A stretch of 64,000 nt of DNA from a virus. Lineage: Duplodnaviria; Caudoviricetes. The stretch spans positions 17,517-81,516 of the IMG/VR virus record IMGVR_UViG_2775506835_000006. One strand, written 5' to 3'. Under the pieces are notes generated by a model. That model was not told the origin of the DNA. It saw only the letters and a list, made by a program, of their open reading frames with translations, and did no database searches. A program made the position numbers and the translations under genes. Shown here piece after piece: positions 19,814 to 29,300 of the stretch. Within the stretch, counting starts at the first letter, position 1; each line of letters starts with the position of its first letter.

Positions 19814-21178
19814 TTATAGGATGCTTTTTAAAAGTTCCACCGCACTTTCTTCGGTGGGATCGTTTGTACCAAGCTCCCCGCGAAAAGCACGGGAGAGGAT
19901 AGATTTTTTAATGAGGTCAATGTTGTCAAGCATAGAACAGAGTTCCTTTGCCTTTTGCTCTTTGGCAAAGAAGTCGTCAAGGATACGGACGATTTCGGTT
20001 TGCTCAACTAAAGGAGGTAGATATAGGGGATATGTTTCCATGAAATCTTTTGGTACACGTTGTTGCCCCACTGCGCCGCTCATAACTGCTTGTGCTTTAT
20101 CCCTAAAAGTACGGTTACGTACAATGTAATATAAATATCGGTTATATAACTCTTTTTCGCACCTTAATACAAAAAATTCAGTTGATCCATAGCCAATGTC
20201 GTTTATTAATTTACCAATTATGGCCGACTTTCCGTTCTCCATACAAGGAGTAATTTTCGCAAATACAACGTCACCTTCTGAAAAATTTGTAAATCCAGTA
20301 CGAACGTCTTTCAGCTTTCGCTTTTGCGGTGCCACTATTGCTCCGTGGATTTCGGACAATGAAGCCATTGGAAAAAAAGAGACATCAAGACTGTCAGGCA
20401 GATCTTTTGTATTGGCTTTTTTGGGGTTGACAGTACAAACTTGGCGCAATTCAAATTTTTTCCATGTTTCTATATCCACATCGTTTTCCCTGCGCCATTT
20501 GGTAGTCAGCTCGCCAGTAAAGGCTTTATGGAGAATGGCGGCCTTACGGGTTTCAAAACTGTCTAGTGCTGCCTGTGCCTTTTCCTTGACCTCGTCCAGC
20601 TTGGAAAATAGTCTTTCGATACGGCCAACGATACGTTGTTGCTCGGCAAGGGGAGGTAGTGGTATAGGATAATTTTGAACGTACTTTGGCTGTGCTCTCA
20701 TCAAAGATCCACCAACACCAGATACATTTGAAAGCATAAATTCTCTAAAATACTTTGATTGGTAACACCACATTAAATAGTCTGGACTAATCTGGGGCGC
20801 ACGAATTATAATCCATTCTGATGATGCCAAAAGAATATTTTCTGTATGCTTGGACACTTTCCATACGCGGTTAATTCGAGGATTGATTTTGCACAACAAA
20901 ATATCGTTCTTCTCTACCAGTTGTTTCGTTGAGCCAATTTCGCTTCCATATACAATTTCAGGGGAATTTTCTGCACTGCTTGGAACACTGTATAATTCAA
21001 ATGTTGAATCTGGTGACTGTATTGGATTAATTGAAGTACCTCGATATTTATTTATTGCTACAACTCTCGTCCAACACCAATTCCCCGGCACAGGATATGG
21101 TTGCTCTGCCTCTGGCACCAACGCCTGTTCCAGCCGTTCCTCCAATGTGAGGTCATCTGCTTTTTTTGCTTTTGCCAT
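19814..21178 (-). CDS. hsdS: Type I R-M specificity subunit
   Basis: Two TRDs each followed by 'PLPPLAEQQRIV' or 'LPPLVEQTEIV' conserved regions; 'AFRGEL'. Confidence 0.95.
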   Translation of the reverse strand: MAKAKKADDLTLEERLEQALVPEAEQPYPVPGNWCWTRVVAINKYRGTSINPIQSPDSTFELYSVPSSAENSPEIVYGSEIGSTKQLVEKNDILLCKINPRINRVWKVSKHTENILLASSEWIIIRAPQISPDYLMWCYQSKYFREFMLSNVSGVGGSLMRAQPKYVQNYPIPLPPLAEQQRIVGRIERLFSKLDEVKEKAQAALDSFETRKAAILHKAFTGELTTKWRRENDVDIETWKKFELRQVCTVNPKKANTKDLPDSLDVSFFPMASLSEIHGAIVAPQKRKLKDVRTGFTNFSEGDVVFAKITPCMENGKSAIIGKLINDIGYGSTEFFVLRCEKELYNRYLYYIVRNRTFRDKAQAVMSGAVGQQRVPKDFMETYPLYLPPLVEQTEIVRILDDFFAKEQKAKELCSMLDNIDLIKKSILSRAFRGELGTNDPTEESAVELLKSIL

Positions 21179-22593
21179 TACTCTACCTCCAATGCTCGCA
21201 GCTCTTTCACCACGCTCATCAGAAGGTCAACGGCTTCTTCCAGCTGTGCAATGGCTTCTTCCGCACTGTCAGCAGGGTCGGGGAGGTCGTTATAGTCCAA
21301 AACGCTGTCGTCCCGAATCAAACCGAGATCAAGGCTGTTGCTCTTGGCGGCAATCTCCTCGCGCGTGAAACAGTTCCAGCGTTCATCCTGTACCGTGTGA
21401 CGGTCATCCGAGCGGTAAGCCGCCTCAAAGCTCGTAAAATGTTCCGTTTTTAGTGGATTTGTCTTGCCGAAGGAAGGCATATTGGTGCGCAAATCATAGA
21501 ACCAGACCTCTTTTGTATTGCCCTTATCCGCCGCTCCGCGCGTGAAAAACAGCACATTGGTTTTTACGCCCTGCGCATAAAAAATTCCGGTGGGCAGACG
21601 CAACACCGTATGCAGATTGCATTTTTCCATCAAGTCCTCACGGATCTTCTCTCCATCACCGTCGGCAAACAAGACGTTATCTGGTAGCACCACAGCGGCG
21701 CGCGATTTCCCATTTGGTTTCAAGCTTCGATAAATGTGTTGCAAGAAATTAAGCTGCTTATTGCTGGTGGGGTAGGTAAAGTCGTCACGGGTAGCTCGCT
21801 CACCGCCCTTCTTAGTACCGAAAGGCGGATTGGTCAGCACCACATCAAATCCGCTCATTTGCTTACCGAAGTTGGAGAGGGTATCACCCAGCAAAATTTG
21901 TCCGTCAATATCATGGAGCATGGCGTTCATCAAAGCGAGACGGTGGGTTTCGTGCACCAGCTCACATCCGGTGAAGGCCGCTTCTCGCTGAAATTTGGCG
22001 GTATCGGCATCCAAATCGAAAAGCTGATCAGTGTGTTCTTTAATATAGCGGTCGGCGGCGATCATAAAGCCAAACGTGCCGCAGGCAGGGTCGTTGCATT
22101 TTTCTCCGGCCTGTGGGTCAACAAGGCGGGTCATTACATCGATCAGTACGCGAGGCGTAAAATACTGTCCGGCGCCAGACTTCTTTTCATTGGCATTCTT
22201 TTCAAGCAATCCTTCATAGAGATTGCCCAACCCCTCTTCCCGGGCGGAATACCAGTCCAGAGAATCGATGGTGGCAATGATTTTTTCAAGGTTTTTCGGT
22301 TCTTCGATGTTGGAGGAAGCCCCTTGGTAAATCTCCCGGACACGTCCGGTGCATTGCTCACCCAGGTGGTTAAGCAGTTCTTTGTAAAAATGTTTCAACT
22401 CCGTACCGCTTAAAGCAGTCAGTTTATTCCAGCGATAATCCTCTGGAATGTGCTCTTCGGTACCTGTTTCTTTTGCCATTTTTAAAAAAAGAATATACGT
22501 GAGTTCGGTGACATATTGGTGGTAGGTAATCCCATCATCCCGCAGTACGTTACATAAGTTCCATAGTTTTGATACGATTTCTTGGGTTGTCAT
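21178..22593 (-). CDS. hsdM: Type I R-M N6-adenine methyltransferase
   Basis: 'GQYFTPR', 'DPACGTFGF', 'NPPF'. Confidence 0.95.
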   Translation of the reverse strand: MTTQEIVSKLWNLCNVLRDDGITYHQYVTELTYILFLKMAKETGTEEHIPEDYRWNKLTALSGTELKHFYKELLNHLGEQCTGRVREIYQGASSNIEEPKNLEKIIATIDSLDWYSAREEGLGNLYEGLLEKNANEKKSGAGQYFTPRVLIDVMTRLVDPQAGEKCNDPACGTFGFMIAADRYIKEHTDQLFDLDADTAKFQREAAFTGCELVHETHRLALMNAMLHDIDGQILLGDTLSNFGKQMSGFDVVLTNPPFGTKKGGERATRDDFTYPTSNKQLNFLQHIYRSLKPNGKSRAAVVLPDNVLFADGDGEKIREDLMEKCNLHTVLRLPTGIFYAQGVKTNVLFFTRGAADKGNTKEVWFYDLRTNMPSFGKTNPLKTEHFTSFEAAYRSDDRHTVQDERWNCFTREEIAAKSNSLDLGLIRDDSVLDYNDLPDPADSAEEAIAQLEEAVDLLMSVVKELRALEVE

Positions 22594-25500
22594 GCAGTTT
22601 TTCCTCCGTCGTCGTATAGATATTCATTGAGTTCTATTACAATGCTCTCTAATTTATTATGAAACACTTTGTTTATCTTTGAAAAACCGCCCTGCGATTT
22701 GAAACGTCCGTCCTCGTCAAACACAGATATATTTAGAACAGATTCCTCCATTAGGTACTTTTCCATGCGACCAATCCAGCCCATCTCCATTTTGGAAAAA
22801 GAGTGCGATTTTTTTAACCTGTCTACTGCGCGGCGAATGCGGGCTTCGTGGCTTAGAAGTGTGGAACCGATGGCATACCGGCGAATCAAACTGATAATGT
22901 CCGCAGCAATTTCTTCGTTGGTAAGCTCAGAGAGCGCGGTATTCAGCTGCTGGGCAGTAAAGCCCTCCCGGTCTAATGAGAGCCGCAAAGTTTTAAGCGT
23001 GTCCCGTGTCAGCTCCTTAGGGCGGGTGCAGACGATGCTTAAAGCGGCAATCTCGTTCATGTTGTTTTTTACGTAGTCGGCAAACGCATCCAGATAATCT
23101 TCTGGCTTGTTGCCTTTCCCATATCCGCGCTCATGGCTGATGAGGCGGTCTTCTTTGTCGGAAATCACTACGGGGCGGCGGCCATTGGTGTGTATCTCAT
23201 CCAATAGGGCAAAGAGCATGTCACCGTTTAAGAGGTGGGTTTTGGCATCTTCGGGGCTGCGTTCCAGCACGTCACCAATAAACTGTGTTGGGTCAAGCCC
23301 TCCGGACAAATCTATAAAGTGCTCCATTGCCTTTGCGTCCATATCGCGCTTTTTGCGCTGTATCTTGGCAAGTATCTGGTTGATTTGATATTGGACCTGC
23401 TGTGGTTCCTACATCGTTTCCAGACCGTTCAGAAGTTGCTCAAAGGTAGCAGAGGGATTTACGACAACGGGTTTCATAGTATTCAGTTTGTCCAAGTCCT
23501 CATACACGCCCACCGCATCGTAAATCTCGAAATGGGTCTTATGTATATCCGGACAGAGACGGGTGGCACGCCCCAGCATCTGCTCGTACAGGATACGGGA
23601 TTTTACCTTGCGCATAAACACAAGGCTTGTGATTTCCGGCACGTCGATACCGGTCGTCAATAAATCCACCGTCACAGCGATGCTGGGAAATCGTTCATTT
23701 TTAAAACGTTTGATTGCTTCCAGTACCTTTTTCTTGTTGCCGCCGCCCACACTGCCGGTGATTTTCATAATGGCGTCGTTATCGACGCCGCGTTCAGTGT
23801 ATAACTCTTTTAAGATCTTTACAATCAAATCCGCATGCTGGTCGTCCACGGCATAAATCAAGGTTTTACCTTGTTCCGGCGATTCAGGGTCGATATCTTG
23901 GGAAATTTCTTCCAGTATTGCTCGGTTAAACGGCTCGGTGATAACCTGTCGGTTAAATGTTTCTACATCAAACTGTAATTCGTCCTCAAGCGCATCGCTG
24001 TTGGTTATTTCACCTGTTACCGGATCGTAGATGGCCAATGTTTCGCCTTTGGTGTAGTGAATGCCATTTTTACTGAGGTCTGTTCCCAAAAGATGAGGCG
24101 CATCGTGATCCACCAAATAGCCTTCGATGACTGCTTCCCGGTAAGAATAGGTGAATACCGGACGGCCAAAAATCTCCGTTGTGTGCTTGGCAGGAGTTGC
24201 GGTAAGGGCGATCTTGACGGCATCAAAATAGTCAATTACCGTACGGTATTTACTGACATAATCCCGCTGGTCACGATACAAAAGTTCATCTTCACCCATT
24301 TCTTTATCCAATATGTAGCCACGGTGCGCTTCGTCAATGATAATTAGGTCATAATCCGTTACGGCGGGCATGCTTTCTTCATCGTTATACAGGAGGCGCT
24401 TGACCATTCCCTGTACGGTACTTATTTGAACGCGGGTTTCCGGATCTATGGATTTTTCATCCAGACCTTTAATGTTATATATGTCGTCCAGCGTCATCAA
24501 TTCTTCCAGCTTAACTTCTTTGAAAACATCCTGCGCTTGTTCACCCAAGGCAGTTCGGTCGACCAAGAAAAGGATTCGACGGAAACGCCCCGTTTTTAGG
24601 AAACGATAGATCATTCCTAAAATGGTTCTGGTTTTGCCGGTACCGGTTGCCATGGCGAGCAAAGCCGTGTTTTGTCCATCTATAATTGCCTGTTCAACGG
24701 CACGGATTGCCTTTAGCTGGTATTCACGCAAATTCAGTCCGTCTTTATCACGCAATAAATCGTAGGGCGCTGCTTGGAGCGTTTGATTTGCGCTTGCAAT
24801 GTCTTTTTTTAATAGTTCCATCATGCCGGAAGGGCTGATCCAGCCTTGCAACGCTCTGGGGGAATTTGACGGCTGACGCAGATCAAGAAACCATATACCG
24901 GACTTTGTTTCCAACTGCTTCAAATAGGGTCTGCCGTTGGTAGCAAATGTAAAGGGAACTTTGTAAGCTCCCCATGTGCCAATTAGATAATTTGTATCCT
25001 CTTCCCGGATGCAGCGGGGGTAATCCTTGCCTTGATAATCAATGACCGATGGAATGTCCTTGTGTTCGGCTTTGGCTTCAATGATACCCACCAGTTTCGT
25101 GTCAATGAATAAGGCGTAATCGGCAAATCCCTTCGCTCCCAGTTTTGATTTTGTTGGCCACTCGGCAATGGCAAGGTTCCGCCCCTTCGTCGGGCGGGTC
25201 CCCTTGGAATAACGAAGATGGATTGTATCTGCCTCCCAGCCAACTTTCCGCAATTGTTCATCTATTAAATATCTTGTTTCGGCCTCTGATTTTTGCCGCT
25301 GGCTGGCAGCCTTGCTGGCGCGTGCCTTACGATCAGTTTGAGAAACCGACGGGGCAGAAGCCGCTTGCGCTTCGGCTTGTTTTAGCAGCAATTTTTCTTG
25401 CTCGTCTATGGTTTTGGTGTCCGGGAGATTTGTTTCCGGCGCTTGCCGCGGCAACGTAAAAGGCTGATTTTGATAATTCCAATCGCCGTAAGTTTGCATA

Positions 25501-25853
25501 AACCATTCGCAAAGGCTGTGCGCCATTTGCAACAGGGTCTTTCCGTCTTCGATAGACGCATAGTTTTCATGTACCGCACGGTTGCGTGCTTTTCGCAAAG
25601 CGTGAAGAACATCTATGATATCTCGTGTAAGTAAGCCTTCGTTACTTAAACGGTTAATGCGGGCAATGGCTGTATTTTCTGTAGGTAATGATATTTTATC
25701 GTAGGTGAACATAAGGTTTGCAATTGTTTCGCCTACCATTCCCAGCTTCATCAGGCAGGAATTAGGATCTGAATAAAGATAGGCTTCTGCTGTTTTCCCC
25801 AGCTGAGATAAAACTGGAAACTCCTGATCCATAAAGCTGAAATTACTTCCCAT
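22590..25853 (-). pseudogene. hsdR: Type I R-M restriction subunit interrupted by a single in-frame TAG (23409-23411)
   Basis: 'ADYALF..IIEAK', 'ATGTGKT', 'DEAH', 'QMLGRATR'; 22590..23342 continues in the same frame. Confidence 0.85.
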
Positions 25854-26358
25854 CTTTTAATCCTCCTCTAAAAGATTGAATAATCCATTTACTAGCTTTT
25901 AAGTATTGCATGAAATAACCCATATTTTCCCCAACGGGCGGCCCCTGAAATTTTTATGTACTCACGTGAAATCTGAACTTAGCACATAGTAAGTTGCCAT
26001 GGCTCTGTCAGTCCCTTTGCAGTAACATAATCCTAGAGATATCACCATATTCCACCATTTTCTTCATTATAATTCATTAATGCGAGCAATACAAGCAGAG
26101 TATGGAAAAGCTGTCAAAGACAAAACCTCGGTGGCCATTTGTAGCCTCAAGAGATTAATCAAATAGGGTGTTTTCTGCTACCATAAATGTACCGAAAAAC
26201 AATCCGATATCAAGCGATAAATGCGATTTAAAAAAATGATAAAATAATTGCTTATGATAAAAATATTTGGTATAGTTAATACAAAGATTATTTAAAGATT
26301 TACGTTTTAATGAGTAAGCATTTATTAAGTTATCTGGCAGGGAAATCAACAGAATGAG

Positions 26359-29300
26359 GTGGCAATTGTGGGGCAAGGGAAAGAGAATATTTATCTGCGC
26401 ATAGAAATGATGACGGTGGTCAATTATGCACTGCAGCAAAATTCTGTGCCGGTAATCCAGGAAATTAAAATTGAAAACGCTACAAAACAAGACATTACTG
26501 ATGTTACAATTCAGGTACAAAGCAGTCCAGCTATTGTATGTCCTTTTGCTTTAAATATAGCTGCGCTTTCAGCAGGAGAATCTTATTCTATTAGGGAGCC
26601 TTCGCTTGTATTAGACGGCGCGTATTTAGCGGGATTAACAGAGCGTATCAACGTAATATTGCAAATTTTTGTAAAAAAAGAGTCAAATACTTTAGCTTCC
26701 TTTGAAAGGTCTCTGACAGTTCTGGCTTTTGACGAGTGGCCGGGAATAACGGTTCTCCCGGAACTCCTGACTGCATTTATCTTACCAAACCATTCGGAAG
26801 TAGTACAAATAAATGCGAAAGCGGCAAAATTTTTGGAACAGTGGAGTGGAGATCCTTCCTTAGATGCATATCAGTCTCGCGACCCCAACCGAGCCCGGTT
26901 GCAGGCAGCCGCCATATACGGTGCTTTGCAGGCGCAAAATATTGTATATTCGGTTCCGCCAGCCAGTTTTGAAGCAATTGGCCAACGTATACGATTATGC
27001 GATGCTGTTATGCAGCAAAAGATGGGGACCTGTATGGACTTAACGTTACTCTATGCCGCCTGTTTGGAGGCCGCTGGATTGCATCCGTTGCTTCTATTGC
27101 AGCCGGGCCATATTTTTGCAGGCGTATGGTTGGAGGACTTAACGTTTCCGGAGGCAATACAGGATGATCCTTCTCTAATAACAAAGCGTTTGGCGGACGG
27201 TGTCAACGAAATTGCTGTTGTGGAATGTACCGCGTTTACAGCTGGCAAAGGGTTAAGCTTTGAACAGGCATCTTCTGCTGCGGAACAGAAACTGACGGGA
27301 GGGTCGTTGGACTGCCTGATTGATGTTTTTCGTGCAAGATTAAGTGGAATTCACCCTCTACCTTTGCGCGTTTTGGATGGAAATCAATGGACGATTGCTC
27401 GTGATGAAGTAGATATTGAAAAGATTACAAAGGCTCCTGCGTCAAAGATCGAAACCGTTCGCGTTTTGGAAGGCCATCCAGAGAATGCTGGAAAAATGGC
27501 GCAGTGGGAACGAAAATTGCTTGACTTAGGAATGCGGAATACATTGCTAAATCTCCGTCTTACGCGAACGGTTATTCCAATTCTGTCTCCGTCTCTCCGC
27601 GATTTAGTGGAGGCACTGGTGGATCGAGGCGAATTTGGTATTGCGTCGCGTCCGGATGAATGGTCTGTCCGTGAGGAAGATCAAAAGGATCCGGAAAAGC
27701 TCGTGTGTACAAGCAATATACATCATTTAATTAAGTGTGAATTTCATAATATGCGATTGCGTACGTCTCTCAGCGAAGGGGAATTGGCCCGGTCTGTCAT
27801 CCATTTATACCGTTCCGCTAGAACCGCTTTGGAGGAAAACGGGGCAAATACGCTGTATTTAGCCATAGGTTTGCTGCGATGGTATGAAACGAAAACAAGT
27901 CAAACAGCGAGATATGCGCCGGTCGTGTTGTTGCCAGTGGAGATTGTCCGGAAATCTGCCTTGAAAGGCTATGTAATCCGCTCCCGAAGTGATGAGGAAC
28001 CACAGATAAACGTTACACTTTTGGAGAAGCTCAAACAAGATTTTGAAATTACCATTAGCGGGTTGGACCCATTGCCGCAGGATGAAAACGGCTTAGATAT
28101 TCGGCTTATTTTGGTCAGGATGCGTAGGGCAATTATGGATCAACGCGGATGGGATGTTCTGGAAACAGCAGTTCTTGGAGTTTTCTCTTTTTCCCAGTTT
28201 GTAATGTGGAATGATATACGTAATCGTGCGGAAGATTTGCAAAAAAATAGACTTGTGCGCAGTTTAATGGATGGAAAACTGGCGTGGATGCCACCGGCAA
28301 TGCAATTGGGAGCATGCGTTCCGGAAGAAGGTGTTTTGTTGCCTATTCCAGCGGATGCATCCCAGCTTTATGCTATCGAAGCGGCGGCCCGTGGAGAGAG
28401 TTTTGTATTGCATGGCCCGCCAGGCACAGGCAAATCCCAGACAATTACGGCCATGATAGCCAATGCGGTTGCACAGGGTAAGACGGTTCTTTTTGTTGCA
28501 GAAAAAATGGCGGCTCTATCGGTTGTACAGCGCCGGTTAGAAGAAATAGGCATTGGACCGTTTTGCTTGGAATTACATTCTAATAAGTCTCAAAAGCATG
28601 CTGTATTGGAGCAACTGCGTATGGCAACAGAAATCGCCAATCGAAATGAATCCGCGAACTATAAAGAACAAGCGGAGCAAGCAGCGCAAATGCGTAAGGA
28701 GTTGGATGCGTACGCGCGTTCTCTACATCAAAAGAGAGCGTCGGGCCTATCTCTTTTTGAGATGATCAGTGGCTATGAAAAATGCCGGCTTGCGCCGGAT
28801 ACCGTTCATTTCTCCGATGAATTTGCCTTTTCAGCTAATTGCTCTGTGTTGGCTAAGTATAAACTGTTGATTGGTCAGCTTATCGCTGCTGGCAAGGCGA
28901 TTGGACATCCATATGGAAACCCGTTGCGTTTGATTCCTTTATCCGTTTATACGCAGCAGTTGCACTTCGGTTTGCCTAACGCGCTGATTTCTTACCGATC
29001 TGCTTTAGAGCAGCTTGAAGAGGCAGGGACGCAGTTTTCAGAAGCTTTGGATCGGAAGGTACCGGATAGTTTGGAAGAGTGGAAACAACTTTATCAGATA
29101 GCCGAAGCGTTAATGAAATGGATTTTCATTCCAAGAGCTTGGGCAAAGGATGAAACCTTTTCTTATTCCATGCAGAAGATGAGAGAAATGTCACGGCATT
29201 ACCAAAAGGCACGCGAACTTTCCGATGATTTAAACGGTTCGTGGAACAAAGAGTTTTTAAAACAAGATGGCGAAGCTTTACTTACACAATGGCGGCAAAT

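Noticed and set aside
19814-21178. Phase-variable hsdS shufflon
   Set aside because: Only one hsdS, with no silent TRD copies, long inverted repeats or adjacent invertase seen
23409-23411. TAG reassignment (genetic code 15) explaining the hsdR stop
   Set aside because: TAG is used as a normal stop in many tightly packed genes here (ends at 2225, 12898, 14586, 40420, 49359)
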